NCBI RefSeq assembly: GCF_006345805.1
Contig: NC_043006.1
Coordinates: 47,864,001-47,928,000 of the forward strand
Source: Octopus sinensis
Taxonomy: Eukaryota
Length of the DNA: 64,000 nt
Direction of reading: 5' to 3'
Shown: positions 15,062-29,174 of the stretch, in pieces
Numbering within the stretch: position 1 is the first letter of the stretch
How the letters are laid out: each line of letters begins with the position of its first letter
The notes under the pieces: generated by a model
Database searches by the model: none
What the model saw: the letters and a program-made list of their open reading frames with translations, nothing else
What the model was told of the DNA's origin: nothing
Made by a program: the position numbers and the translations under genes

Positions 15062-15244
15062 CATATATATATATACAATTGAAAGATAGGGCAAAATCTT
15101 TATAAGAATTTATCAAGTAGTTAGCGTGAAAAACCTCATAAGAGAAAAAATCCAACAATTTTTTCACTTAAATATATTTATTTATATTATATAGAGGGCA
15201 TTACTATACATAAATGCCACACACTAGGAGGGGCTCATATATAT

Positions 15245-15316
<72 letters not shown>

Positions 15317-15523
15317 GTGTGTGTGTGTGTTTGTCGTTTATGAAATGAGAGTCAACATTTTCTGCAAGAAATAGCAGTTTAGCTCCCGCAAAGCGCATCA
15401 TCCAATTGGATAAAACGAAGTAAACACTTACATATGCTGTCCCAGATGCCTAATGTATGCACACGGGTAACATACTTCAACTGGAGTGACTTTGACTTTT
15501 GTGCTTCTATATGAAAGCGTAGG

Positions 15524-15852
15524 AGCACTCCGTCGGTTACGTCGACGAGGGTCCTAGCTGATACGATCAACGGAATAGCTTGCTCGTGAAATTAACGTGC
15601 AAGTGGTTGAGCACACCACACACACGTCTACCCTTAACGTAGTTCTCGGGGAGTTTCAGCGTGACACAGAGTGTGACAAAGCTGGCCCTTTGAAATACAA
15701 GTACAACTCCTTTTTGCCAGCCAAGTGGACAGGAGCAACTTGAAATAAAATGTCAAATGCCTTGCTTAAAGACACAACGCGTCGCCGGGAATTGAACTCA
15801 CGACCTTGCGATCGTGAGCGGAATGCCCTAACCACTAAGCCATGCGCCTTCA
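15524..15852 (-). mobile_element. SINE family C
   Basis: Near-colinear with 7010-7335. Confidence 0.9.
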
Positions 15853-16024
15853 CTATATGAAAGTACACGGTGGCTAACGAACTTTATTAGCAGAAGCACC
15901 AAAAAGGGGCAACGAACAATAACATCAAGAGATCGAGAAACGCATCACCAACAAGAACCCCTGTGCATGTTGTAATTTCATATTTGCTCCACTATCTTAT
16001 ATATTTACTCATCATTATCTTAAC

Positions 16025-16650
16025 GGGGAAGCGCAATGGTAGAAATTCCCCACCTGGACGGAACGCCAGTCCGTTGAAGGATTACTCATTTTTGCCAGCT
16101 GAGTGAACTGGAGCAACGTGAAAATGAAGTGTTTTGCTCAAGAACACAACGCATCGCCCGGTCCAGGAATCGAAACCACGACCTTACGATCATGAGCTCA
16201 ACACCCTAACCACTAAGCCACGCGCCTTCACATAAATTAATATTACTAAGAAATATTACAGGTACCTGGCACACTGGAAAATAAACTGCCGTACGCCACA
16301 TCAGATAGTTTAGGAAACACTGCTATATATGAATTTCATTTGACCCCTGTTTAAAATCAATAACAAAACACACTGATACGGTAATGTCCTTAAATAGACG
16401 TTCAAGCTAAGTGTGGCAAATAATAAAAGTAATGTTCCTTCTCGAGCCATGCCAGGCTCAAAAGGGTCGGTTTCCCGGTTTCAGTGGCGTAGAAATTCCC
16501 CACCTGGACGGGACGGCGGTCCGTCGCAGGGTTACTCATTTTTGCCAGCTGAGTGAACTGGAGCAACGCAAAAATCAAGTGTCCAGGATTCGAAACCACA
16601 ACCTTACGATCATGAATTCAACACCGTAACCACTAAGCCACGCGTCTCCA
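16025..16650 (-). mobile_element. Two SINEs (family C head with variant D body) at about 16025-16231 and 16425-16650
   Basis: Both have gtagaaattccccacctggacgg...ttactcatttttgccagctgagtgaactggagcaacg...taaccactaagccacgcg. Confidence 0.85.
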
Positions 16651-17401
16651 CAAGTGTGACATATACTATTGTGATATTTTCCTAACGGTAATTTCCTTGA
16701 ATGCATGCATAAGTTTTATTGTCACTTCATGTTTACCCTTTACCTTTTATAGCAAGGTGTTTCATATTTTCGTGCGAGTTTTTCATATTTTGTTTACTAC
16801 AGCAAAATTTAAAACGAAGTATCGACGCATTCATTATCGAACATATCATTACATTCTTGAACACTATGAGATTTGAGGATTATTTAGTACTCAAATCCAA
16901 CAGCTAAAGGCAAGCTGGCTGGCTGGCTCTTGGTGGAGATTATGTGTTGGTGCTATCTGATGTGAGTGATAGCTGTGAGTTTTTGGTGATTTAGAAAATA
17001 CAGAGCTTGTTTGTCTTGTTTGTGTGTGAACGTAGCAACATCCGAGTGTGACAAATGTAATGCATCTGTTTTGATTAATAGATTTGTCGATGGATTAGCT
17101 GTAGTAGTATTGACAATGTCGTCAATGCAATTGCTTGAGGTGGTTGTATTTTCTGTATTGTGTGGATGTGGCACGACTTATGATAATTATTCCTATGATT
17201 CAGAGAAACATATTTCCTTCCTAAATTAGATACACACTAAATTGTACGACCTTTGTCATAAGTAATTTGTCATGAAACTGAAATTTCAGTCGTTGCATAG
17301 CTGTTAATATTGAAAATCATTTGTATAATGAAGGAGATGTTAAGGAAATTAGATGTGGATGGAGTAACTGAAATTAGAATTTGTAAGTAAAGTCTTTTAA
17401 A

Positions 17402-18142
17402 CTGCCGCTTACGACGACGACGACGAATACAAGGGTTTCATTTGATTCGATCAACGGAACAGCTTGCACGTGAAATTAACGCGCAACGGGCTAAGCACTC
17501 AACCGACACGTATGCCCTTAACGAAGTTCTTAGGGAGATTCAGTGAGACAGAGAAATGTGACAAGGCTGGTTCTTTGAAATAAATTACCTTTTACTGTTT
17601 TACTTGTTTCAGTCATTTGACTGTGGCCATGCTGGAGCACCGCCTTTAGTCGAGCAAATCGAACCCAGGTCTTATTCTTTGTAAGCCTAGTACTTATTTT
17701 ATCGGTCTGTTTTGCCGATCTGCTAAGTTACGGGGACTTAAACGCACCAGCATCGGTTGTCAAGCGATGTTGGGGGAACAAACACAGACACACAAACACA
17801 TACACACATATATATACATATACATATATACGACGGGCCTTCTTTCAGTTTCCGTCTACCAAATCCACTTATAAGGCTTTGGTTGGCCCGAGGCTATAGT
17901 AGAAGACACTTGCCCAAGGTGTCACGCAGTGGGACTGAACCCGGAACCATGTGATTGGTAAGCATGCTACTTACCACACAACCACTCCTACGCCTGTACA
18001 AGTCATTTGTTTCCCAGCTGAGTGAATTGGAGCAACGTGATAAAAGGGTTTTGAAGAAGGACACAACGTGCCGCCGAGAATCAAACTGGCAACTTTACGA
18101 TCGGGAACCGAAAGCCCCAACCAGAAAGTCACGCAGCTTCAC
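17402..18142 (-). mobile_element. SINE family C split by a nested SINE family A (about 17585-17998)
   Basis: The C body stops at ggttctttgaaata and resumes after the A copy at tacaagtcatttgtttcccagctgagtg. Confidence 0.8.
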
Positions 18143-18477
18143 TAAGGACTTTTACCATAACTCAATTATTTTATTCCTTCACAATCATAGATATCTGTTT
18201 AATGAAATTAAACCTAGTGGCTGCCCTGCATATCACGTAATACACAGGACATATTTCCCCTGGCGTTCATGCGTCATATATGATACACATTTCCTGCACT
18301 TTTTCAACAGCCAAAGCTAACTCGGGACTTAGAAAATATTTATATTACTCAGTAAGTATGAAAGAAGAGATAACTAAAAGACTGAAAAACAAGTATTAAC
18401 GTATAGTGTAAATATATGAAAATGCTTTGAACCGGCGAAGGGTTAAGAGTAACAGCTGTCTTTGAAATTATTTCAAA

Positions 18478-18987
18478 CTAGCAGTATCGCCCGGCTTTGC
18501 TCGGGTTTGTAAGGGAAATAACTATATAAGCATTTTTAGAGAGTTACTTCCCTTATAGATGCCAATTCGGGCTTTCTTAGCCATTTCTGTTTTGGTGTCT
18601 TCAAGCCATGAAGTCGTTGTTCTAAAAGAACGCTGGTCTCCTTGACAACGCATTACGACGTTGATTTCTTTACACTCCCTTCCCCACAGCTTCACGAGGG
18701 AGGGAAGGGGGAGAAGCAAACAGGTGCAGCTGTGAGCGTGGACGCCAACTCCGCCGCCATCGACACACGAAAAATTATGCATTAAAATGGAATAAAAAAC
18801 GATGTTAAATTATTTTTAAAATCGTAGACTCATCGTTGACGCGCGCTAATAGCCAGACGGGCTCGATATGAATCACGACTATAAGATACCCGAATTTGGT
18901 TAAACTGCACCGCAAAATGTGGGAGTAGTTAGGAATCTAAATCGAAGGGGACAGACACTCACACAACTACAGTTTTATATATATAGA
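18478..18987 (-). mobile_element. Non-autonomous Helitron
   Basis: Minus strand begins A|TCTATATATATAAAA and ends with hairpin CCCGAGCAAAGCCGGG...CTAG|T. These are canonical Helitron termini with no TSD. Sibling at 28351. Confidence 0.85.
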
Positions 18988-19364
18988 TTTGAACATAAGT
19001 AAATTTTCATATGAGTAATAAATTCATTTCAGTGCCGTTTGAACTGAAAATAATTAATGGAGGATTCATGTTGGTTATACCAATACAAACGTAACCAAAC
19101 AGATTGTGAACTGAGTAAAGTTTTCTATTTGCACATTCATATCTAAAATTAAACGGAAAGTACATTTTAAAAATAGACAGAAAGGTGTAAAATATTCACA
19201 TATTATGAAAGTAGTCGTAAAGATGGTGTTGGTGGTGACGTCGTCAGCAGTGGTGTGGTGGCGTCAGTGATGGTGGTGTTAAAGATAGTCATTGTAATAA
19301 TGAGTTCAGATTTTTGCCTCAAGGGCAGCTTGGAGGAGGGGGACTGAACTCTGTTACATCGTAA

Positions 19365-19531
19365 TAGACTAAATAAGTACCAGCGTGTAACTGGTACTTA
19401 TTTAATTGATCCTGAAAGGATGAAAGGCAAATTCGATCTCGAGAAGGAATTTGAACTCAGAACACAAAGACAGGCGAATTACTGTTAAGCATTTCACCCA
19501 GTTTGCTAACGATTCTGCCAGCTCACTGCTT
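19365..19531 (-). mobile_element. SINE family B
   Basis: actggtacttatttaattgatcctgaaaggatgaaaggcaaa...gaatttgaactcagaac...gctaacgattctgccagctc. Confidence 0.8.
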
Positions 19532-19869
19532 TAGTGGCCATTGTGATGTTCCTAACACTTTTGTTAACATCAATAATGGTGATGATGATGCCGGTGACGC
19601 TGATGTCGTTCAGAGTTGTTTGCTGTGATGTAACTCGCAGTGACGCTCGCTTTCTTGTTGACTTTTTGATCAGGAACAAATAATGACTTCATCGGAGTGG
19701 CCACAAAACAGCTTGCAACTGGTGTGAACATCTAACGGTGTTTGCTTTTAATTTTTGAGAGATTTATTTATCACATTGTACGTACACATCCAAACACACA
19801 CACATAAATATATACATGTGCGTAATATATGTATGTATGAATGTATGTACATGTGTATGTGTACATATG

Positions 19870-19930
<61 letters not shown>

Positions 19931-20346
19931 CATGTATGTATGTATATATGTATGTGTGTGTGTATATATATATAGTGGGAGTCCGAGTATGCTTGTGTGT
20001 ATATCTGTGTTTTTTGTGTGTTCATTCTCCGTCTTTGTATTGTTTTTTTTTTTGGCATTTGTGTATATGTGTACTGACAGCTGGTCTGCTCTCCAAATGT
20101 ATATTTAGCTGAAGTGTTTCAGTCACTCAGTGCTAATAAACACATTCTCCTTTTATGTACCCCCATCTACATGTGTGCCACATTGATCAAATGCCATTTG
20201 CCTCTCTGCATATATGACCTTGTTTGCGTGTGTTTGTGTGCTTGTGTTTGTGTGTGTGTTTGTGCGTGTGTGCGTGTCACTGTATTTTATAACTGTGAGT
20301 TCACATACATATTCTTGTGTGCGCATGTATAATTGAGTTGTGTCCC

Positions 20347-20438
<92 letters not shown>

Positions 20439-20454
20439 TATATATTCGACAGAC

Positions 20455-20950
20455 TTATTTCAGTTTCCATCTACTAAATCCACTCACAAGGCATTGGTCG
20501 GCCCGAGGCTCCAGTAGAAGACACTTGCACAAGGTGCCACGCAGTGAGACTGAACCCGGAACTATGTGGTTGAGAAGTAAGCTTCTTACCACTCAGCCAC
20601 CCCTGCACCTATACAAACATACATATATGAATATTCATTTATCCTTTTACTTATTTCAACCATTTTAGTGCGGCCATGCTGGAGCACCGCCTTTAGTCAA
20701 ACAAATCGACCCTAAGATTTATTCTTTGCAAGTCCAGTACTTATTCTATCGTTCGTCTTTGCTGAGCCGTTAGGTTACGACGACTTACATAAAGGAAGAT
20801 CGGTTGTCAAGCGATGGTGGGAGACATAGACACACAAACACATATATACACACATACATATATATTAATATATACGACGGGCTTCTTTCAGTTTCCATGT
20901 ACCAAATCCACTCACAAGGCTATGGTCGTCCCGAGGCTATAGTAGAAACA
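20455..20950 (-). mobile_element. Two partial SINE family A copies
   Basis: Head half at about 20455-20610 and tail/body at about 20643-20950. Confidence 0.8.
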
Positions 20951-21009
<59 letters not shown>

Positions 21010-21915
21010 TGTTTATGTGTGTGCGGTGTGTATATGCATGTATGTATAATGTGTAAAATATATATATAATAAAATTGGTACCTATTTCTGTAAAACTTTC
21101 ATAATAGTCTGCAATCTTTTATTTCACTCATTTGCATATTTTGTAGAAAGTCTTGTTATAACAGATTTTTCTATTCAAAAAAGTTGCTATGTCGGTTATT
21201 ATTTTTATTAATATTTCACTTGTATTTTCTCCTGTTTTTTGCTTTTTGCTTTTTCTTCTCTTCTGTGTCTGTTTCAAAAACCAGTCTATCATCTGTCAGA
21301 TATGTTTCCCTCGTGAATTTTTGTAGAATTGCTACAAAAAGATGTTGTTGTTAGTTTTTTAATTCTTTCTTTGTTCAAGACACCAATATGAGTCTCTCAA
21401 TAAGTAAGAATACCAAACTTTCTATTCACGCTATTTTGTATTTCCCTACACAACATACCACGCATTAAACATTATTCTAAATATGAATAGAATAGAACAC
21501 ACAAAAGCATCTATCGCACGATATATAAATATACATACATACGTACTTGCATACATACATACATTCATACATACATACATACATACATACATACATACAT
21601 ACATACATACATACATACATACATACATACATACGTACATATATACAATGGTAGACATACATAGATATGAATATATAATTTATGCTTTCATACGTACACA
21701 TGCAAATACATAAATGCATATATGTGAAGTCTGTGTGTATGTGTGTGAGTGTGTGCGAGTGTGTGCGAGTGTGTGTGTGTGCGTGTCTAAATAGATAGTA
21801 GAGAAAAGTATATGTGTGTGTGAGTGTACACAAATGTGAGACGTATGCATGTTTATAAATATAGAAAAGAGCAAACAAGAATATATATATATATTATATA
21901 TATATATAATATATA

Positions 21916-21971
<56 letters not shown>

Positions 21972-23379
21972 GATGCATACATATATATAACCATGCACAC
22001 ACACATACATATGTATATGTACACACACATATACATACATATATATTTAAAACTTATCAAGTACTGAGGATAGTTCCGTAAGACATCGAGACTTTGAATG
22101 GTAAGAGGGCTGCATATATAATGAAAATATATAGAAAATATGCCGCATTCTGTAAAGTGAACACGCCCAAACCTAAGGAGAGTATAGGTAAAATGAAAAG
22201 CATTATACAAAATAATATAGAAGAAGATCAACTCAGTGCAAATAATTTTTGAGATGCCATTTATTGGCGCCACACGATGAAAATATACTTATAGTCTTTG
22301 GAAAAGCAAACTAATGGCCCTGATGCTCTGTGATACGAATACGGTAATATAGCTGGGAAATAGATACTATCAGGTTCTAAAACAAACTTGGCTATTTCAA
22401 TGGTTCTTTAACTAGTACGAACCGAAGTGACTGCTAAGAAATACTTTAACGGTAGGTTGTAATCTAGTTTCTCAATAACCAAGCATTTAATCGACGTTTG
22501 TTCTTTGGAAAGCATCCGCTCTTTAACATAACCTGCACCCACCTACATAGACACGTATAATAGTATTATATATATATACATACAAACTTATACATACATA
22601 TATATGGGTGGCTAATTCGCAATTTTACAACCTAAAAGCAAAAATGCAAAAATATACACGTCACTAAAGTGACAAAAGGCATTGTTAAACGCCAGTATTG
22701 CTAGAAATAAGAGTGGTTGGTAACCCAGGTACTTACCACACAGCCACTCCTGCGCCTATATATATATATAAGTAAAATTTAGATTCAGATGAATATGGTA
22801 CTTAAGTTAAAAGGCACCAGAATTTAGTATGGTATTATCCACATAATTACAAATGGGATGATTATAATCAAAATATGCAACAAGGATATCCAGAGGTAAT
22901 GCAGTATGATCGTTTCATGCGATTCCCTTTACTTGAACAATACAAATATTACATCAATTTAAAATGTAGAAGAATCTTCAGCTGCATAAAAATATAGAAT
23001 TTAGTTAAATTCGAAGGATTCATTGGTATAATTTTCTTTCTATACAAAATCACCAAGAGGATAAGTAGGTAGACAAAGATTTGAAAAACTAGTCTATAAA
23101 TTAATACTATACCCACCCCCTCCCACTAGTAAATCTGAATAACAGAAATAATCAGTGATAAGCAGTGTCTTTTTTGAAAAATTCTCAGTTACTACTGTGA
23201 TGTCGATAGAACATGTTTTTTTGTCTATCAATTTATATTCTTGGTGATTTTAGATAAAAAGAAAGTTATACAAATGAATCCTTCGAATTTAACTTAATTC
23301 CATATTCTTATGCAGCTGAAGATTGGTCTACATTTTAAATTGATGTAATGTTTGCATTGTTCAATTAAATGGAGTCTCA

Positions 23380-23415
<36 letters not shown>

Positions 23416-23930
23416 TGTGCAAACCATACGTTCTCATACATTGCCCGTTGGATGTAAGCGGGCAAGACAATATGAAAAAGAAATAAAAGGCCAAATATTT
23501 CTATACTTCGAAGTTTCCCCATTAATAATTAAACAATTATGCTGCGGATCTGCAGTAGGAACAGCCGGAGATGTATAATTACAAAACTCAAACATATCGT
23601 ATCCCAAAAGGACACACGTGCATACCGACTTTTATACAACATGAATTCATTGTACATCATGAATTCAAATCAAGAATCTTCAAACAACGCTCCAGGCAAG
23701 AATAAATCGACAGTGAATAAAAATTCAGCTGTGAATTACCAAACTCAAGAACTAAAATATTTGAATATAATCATATCAAGGGTAATATTGTCTTGCCTGC
23801 TTACATCTAACGCGCTATGTATGAGAACATATTTTTCTTGGTTTGAAGATCTGACATCTTCTTTCAGCAAGCATGGAAGCCACTTAGTGGTTTTCCTCTT
23901 AGTGTATAATTACCTATGGTTATACAAACT

Positions 23931-23963
<33 letters not shown>

Positions 23964-24008
23964 AATTATTACAAGAGTATTGTAGTTCGCTTGAAGCATT
24001 GTGTATTG

Positions 24009-24239
24009 TTTGTAAAATATAATGTGTCTTGAATGGCACAGCAGTGCACTATAATAACAACAATGTACTATAATAAATGTTATAATTTAATCATCCATAC
24101 CATCAGATATCCCTAGAAATTTTTGTATTCCGAAATATTATATCAGACTATGGATGATTAAATTATAACAGTTGTTATAGACCATTGTGGTTATTATAGT
24201 GTAGTGTTGTGCCATTCCAGACACATTGTATTTTACAAA
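24009..24239. repeat. Imperfect fold-back inverted repeat, about 90-bp arms (24009-24099 / 24149-24239)
   Basis: tttgtaaaatataatgtgtcttgaatggcac...gtgccattccagacacattgtattttacaaa. Confidence 0.9.
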
Positions 24240-24351
24240 TAATTTACGGGCAATTTTATGCATGCTGGCCAGTAGTATAAATTTATTATACTTAATAGAT
24301 TTTATCCAATATGCTTACACATATATATGTGTGTGTGTATGTATATATATT

Positions 24352-24764
24352 TTCTCTGTTACTCTTTTACTTGTTTCAGTCATTTGACTGTGGCCATGCT
24401 GGAGCACCGCCTTTAGTCGAGCAAATCGACCCCAGGACTTATTCTTTGTAAGCCTACTACTTATTCTATCGGTCTCTTTTGCCGAACCGCTAAGTTGCGG
24501 CCACGTAAACACACCAGCATTACTTGTCAAGCGATGTTGGGGGGACAAACACAGACATACAAACATATACACACACATACATATATATATACATATATAC
24601 GACGCGCTTCTTTCAGTTTCCGTCTACCAAATCCACTCACAAGGATTTGGTCGACCCGAGGCTATAGTAGAAGACACTTGCCCAAGGTGCCATGCAGTGC
24701 GACTGAACTTGGAACCATGTGGTTGTTAAACAAGCTACTTACCACTCAGCCACTCCTACGCCTA
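24352..24764 (-). mobile_element. SINE family A, near full length
   Basis: Colinear with 5851-6260. Confidence 0.9.
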
Positions 24765-24812
24765 TATGTATATATATATATACACACATACATACATGTC
24801 AATGTATGTATA

Positions 24813-24853
<41 letters not shown>

Positions 24854-25575
24854 GTATAGATGTATATTAATAATCATATACATACACAGATAAACTTGTG
24901 TGAGTGTGTGTTTGTGTGTAAGTCATTCCATCAGCAGTCTGTAGATTAAGTTAGTGGTATGTACTTAACAGTTAACACGATCTGCCAATGCAATATTATT
25001 AAAGAATATGAATCTTCCATTTACCTGTATGACAAAATAGTGTTTTAAAGACATCTGTCTGAGCCCGGTTCCTTTCTCCTATGTATATGTTGTATTACAT
25101 ATGGTATCACATGTAAGCTCTAGAAATAGCCCTTGTCCTCTCAAATGTTTAAGCTATTGCGTGGTCTCTGAAAATAAACGTCAAAATGTATAACTGGACC
25201 GAAACATCTATAGTACCTAGAGATTATCTCTTATAACGAAATGTAATAGATGTCGTGCAGCTAATCTCGAAATTCCTCTCTAATTTCTAATATGTACAAC
25301 TGATTAATGTGGTTTATAAATAGTAGGTGAACTTGCATGAAACAACTGCTGAATGTAATGTGTGTGACTGTAGAAAAATAAAGATCAACACAATTGCAAT
25401 GATAAAATATGAATCATCATTATTTTATACGTAACGTAAAGATTACTTTATCGATTACGCTATATTGTGATATTTCTGCAACCGTTTCGTGAACTAATTT
25501 CATGTTCCACTCCCCTCCCCTATCTCCCTTTCTCTTCACATACACACATATTTGCATATATACACACACACATAG

Positions 25576-25615
<40 letters not shown>

Positions 25616-25736
25616 TATATATATTATATATACACACACACTTACATATATATGTGTGTTAAATACGTATGTAGAATCACAGATACACACACATATATAT
25701 GTATATATATATTTGCTTGTGTGTATACATACATAG

Positions 25737-25812
<76 letters not shown>

Positions 25813-26619
25813 TTGTGTGTGTATACGTATGTGTCTGTGTTTGTCCGTGTGTATATACACATATATATATTTGTAATATTTAATTAGAATTACCTGATTA
25901 GTGTATACCATTGCATGTGATATTATAAAAAGTATCACACTGTATTTTGTGACCGCTTTACAAGCAGTAATATTATTCCTCCCATGATTTTATTAAGAAT
26001 CGGTTAATTAATATATTTAGTTTAATTAATAGATTCTGTAAATTCTGCTTTAGAAGTAAAGAATAAACTGAATAAAGTATAAATCTTATTTTATTTTAAT
26101 TAATTAAAATTCAATTTTTTTTCTTCTTTTAATTAAAATTGCTACCATAATGTTTTAATTCAATGCATTAAATTAATTTGTTAAATATACATGACATTCT
26201 CAAGATTTGTTAACGTAGTGTTTCGGTATTGATTTCAAAATTGTTTATATATAGTTAATTTTATAAACAATATGCGATTCATGCAGAAAATCTTTTAGTG
26301 TTTTCCGAAAAATGCAATCAACTTGAGCGATCTGTATTTTATCATGTATTTGATAAGAATAACAGAATGCAACTAGGTGAGGAAATAATTCATTGTAATG
26401 AATATGTTAATATAATTATTGATACGTATTCGTAATGTAAAACCAGTTTCCAAACTATTTACCATTTGATTTGATTAATCGCGAATATGTATTACGAGCA
26501 AACCTTCCTCGCTTCACATCTTACCCACTGCTTCACAACTTCTCTGTAGCTTTCAGGAAATACTTTTTCGAACTATACACACAACACCACATGCACACAC
26601 ACACGCGCACACACACACG

Positions 26620-26722
<103 letters not shown>

Positions 26723-27035
26723 AAACATATATTTGTATATATATATAAACTTATATATATATATATATACATATATAAGTTTAACAATTAAGGATAATCT
26801 CTTAATAAGGGATCTTAACAAGAAATTATCGGGTAGCTAGCGTGAAAACCTCATAAAAGAAAAGAATTCGAAAATAATTTTTTTCTTTTGAACAAATTAA
26901 TTATATCTATATTGTATAGAGGGCATTATTACACATAAATGCCTCACACTAAGAGGGACAAAGTCATTACTACCAAAATTATACTAATCATACCCAATGC
27001 AGTTTTTCAAAGCAAGACATTTAAAAAATGAATTT

Positions 27036-27093
27036 AGTTCTGTATCACCGTGATTTCACATTCAACTTACGTCTAATGATCGTCAGCAGAACT
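27036..27093 (-). ncRNA. Type I hammerhead ribozyme motif (left-arm mirror copy)
   Basis: Exact reverse complement of 27132-27189. Confidence 0.75.
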
Positions 27094-27131
27094 GATTCTG
27101 AACACATCATATTTATGATGTGTTCAGAATC

Positions 27132-27189
27132 AGTTCTGCTGACGATCATTAGACGTAAGTTGAATGTGAAATCACGGTGATACAGAACT
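27132..27189 (+). ncRNA. Type I hammerhead ribozyme motif (right arm)
   Basis: AGUUCUG-CUGACGA-U-CAUU..AAUG-U-GAAA-UCAC G GUGA-UA-CAGAACU. Stem I 7 bp, stem III 4 bp with a 1-nt loop, cleavage triplet AUA. Confidence 0.75.
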
Positions 27190-27850
27190 AAATTCATTTT
27201 TTTAAATGTCTTGCTTTGAAAAACTGCATTTGGGTATGATTAGTATAATTTTGGTAGTAATGACTTTGTCCCTCCTAGTGTGAGGCATTTATGTGTAATA
27301 ATGCCCTCTATACAATATATATACATATATATATATATATATGTATTTATATATCTGTGTATATATGTTTATATATATAAACATATATATGTGTGTATGT
27401 ATATATATATATGTATATAAGTATATATATATATGAATATATATATATGTATATAGATATACATATATATATGTATATATGATAATATAAATAATATATA
27501 AATATATGCATATATACATACATATATGTACATACCTATATATATATATATATATAGATGCATATATGGGTCCAGGCCATAAAAAAACGTTGAACACAAT
27601 GAGAAACGAAAACATAAAAACAAAAACATTGAAACGAACTTTTTTTTCGAACAACGAAAAAAACAAACAGAGAAACGAGACATACAACATAAAGAATATT
27701 CCCCTTCTTCAGTTGTCCCTGTTTCATCTACGCCGCGTATCGAAATGTAGATATACATATATGTGTGTGTGTGTGTGGTGTGTGTATGTGTGTGTGTGTA
27801 ATATGGGTGCCGAATTCGCAATCTAACAACCTAAAGACAGAAATATATAT

Positions 27851-28103
27851 GTCACTAAAGTGACAAAGAGCATTAATCAGTGCCAGTATTGCTGGAAATA
27901 AGTGTTCAAAACCGCTCAATATCTACAGCAAGTACCATCTTAATGACTGACAAGGGAGACAATCTCTCTATAGCAGCAGATATCAATGATCTGCCTATAT
28001 CTGTTGCTGTACATCCCTTCTCATCCATTAAGATAGTGCTTGCTGATGCTATTGAGTTGTTTTGGCTCCGGTGTTGATTAGTGCCTTTTGACACTTTAGT
28101 GAC
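27851..28103. mobile_element. Diverged palindromic MITE-like element; related left end at about 22605-22710
   Basis: gtcactaaagtgacaaagagcattaatca...tgattagtgccttttgacactttagtgac. Confidence 0.65.
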
Positions 28104-28350
28104 GTATAGGTCAAATTCTCCGCAGACTTAAAGAATGATCAACAACATTAATCGATTTTCAAACTTTATTGGATTCTCATCAGAGGCGTTAACAATCTCC
28201 GGAGAAACGAGTAGACAAACTGGTTATATACTCAAAAAATGCAGCAATTATTCTATGAAGGAGACCTTAATTTGCATACCGAAAGTGTTCAACACGCAAT
28301 AAATACCAGCGGCCTATCATATATATATATAATATATATATATATATATA

Positions 28351-28735
28351 CTAGCAGTATCGCCCGGCGTTGCTCGGGTTTGTAAGGGAGATAACTATAT
28401 AAGCATTTTTAGAGAGTTATAGCCAAAAAATGCATTAAAAATGGAAAAGAAATTATGGTAAATTTTTTTTTAAATCGTTGACTCATCGTAGACATTTTTA
28501 GAGAGTTACTTCCCTTATATAATAGCGAAAAAATGCATTAAAATGGAAAAAAAATTATGGTAATTTCTTTTTTAAATTGTAGACTCATCGTAGACGCGCG
28601 CTAATACCCAGAAGGGCTCGATATAAATCACGACTATAAGATACCCGGTTTTGGTTAAACTGCACCGCAAAATGTGGGAGTAGTTAGGAATCTAAATCGT
28701 AGGAGACAGACACACAACTTCTCTTTTATATATAA

Positions 28736-28738
<3 letters not shown>
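28351..28738 (-). mobile_element. Non-autonomous Helitron inserted in (TA)n
   Basis: ctagcagtatcgcccggcgttgctcggg...ttttatatataaagat; same termini as 18478-18987. Confidence 0.85.
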
Positions 28739-28774
<36 letters not shown>

Positions 28775-28873
28775 TAATCCAAACATGAAAACACAAAGTG
28801 AAAACACAACAATGCGAGGACGTGGAACAAGTATAGGGTTATTGGACGCTCAGGAAAGGAAAGAAAGAAGGAG

Positions 28874-28909
28874 GATTTAACGTTTCGAGCAGAGCTCTTC
28901 GTCAGAATC
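28874..28909 (-). ncRNA. Minimal hammerhead ribozyme motif, canonical core
   Basis: GAUU-CUGACGA-A-GAGC UCU GCUC-GAAA-CGU-UA-AAUC. Palindromic AACGUU stem III, the type described for Penelope-associated dimeric hammerheads. Confidence 0.75.
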
Positions 28910-29016
28910 ATAGGAAAAGGAAAGATCCAAGGAAGGGATGACGGAGGAAAAAATCGCCAACGATACACACGGGCTCACACACAGACACACACACACACCA
29001 CACACACACACACACA

Positions 29017-29047
<31 letters not shown>

Positions 29048-29138
29048 CAGAGTGAATTCACAAAAAAACAAAAGACGATGACAGGTGGTGTAGACAACAC
29101 GCAGATGTATTAGCATAACGTTCGCTTTGTGAAAAAGT

Positions 29139-29174
29139 CTTTAACGTTTCAAGCCTACGCTCTTCCACAGAAAG
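29139..29174 (-). ncRNA. Minimal hammerhead-like motif with CUGUGGA core, inside a pLTR-like repeat (about 29040-29225)
   Basis: CUUU-CUGUGGA-A-GAGC GUAG GCUU-GAAA-CG-UU-AAAG. Confidence 0.6.

Larger units (their letters stand above)
26908..27319. repeat. Near-perfect palindrome, arms about 204 bp with a 2-nt loop (27112-27113); probable inverted Penelope pLTR pair
   Basis: By manual comparison the arms differ by one substitution and two 1-nt indels. The outer part resembles 15100-15240. Confidence 0.95.

Noticed and set aside
16953-17174. 73-aa minus-strand ORF (PHPHNTENTTT...)
   Set aside because: Weak acceptor and no homology; this length is attainable by chance.
18309-18349. Plus-strand exon candidate with good splice sites
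   Set aside because: It probably lies in a repeat ending in a TTAA-CCC-like terminus at about 18446, and no compatible partner exons were found.
23539-23964. 141-aa non-repetitive ORF
   Set aside because: No recognisable domain, ends in (TA)n, and no supporting neighbouring exons.
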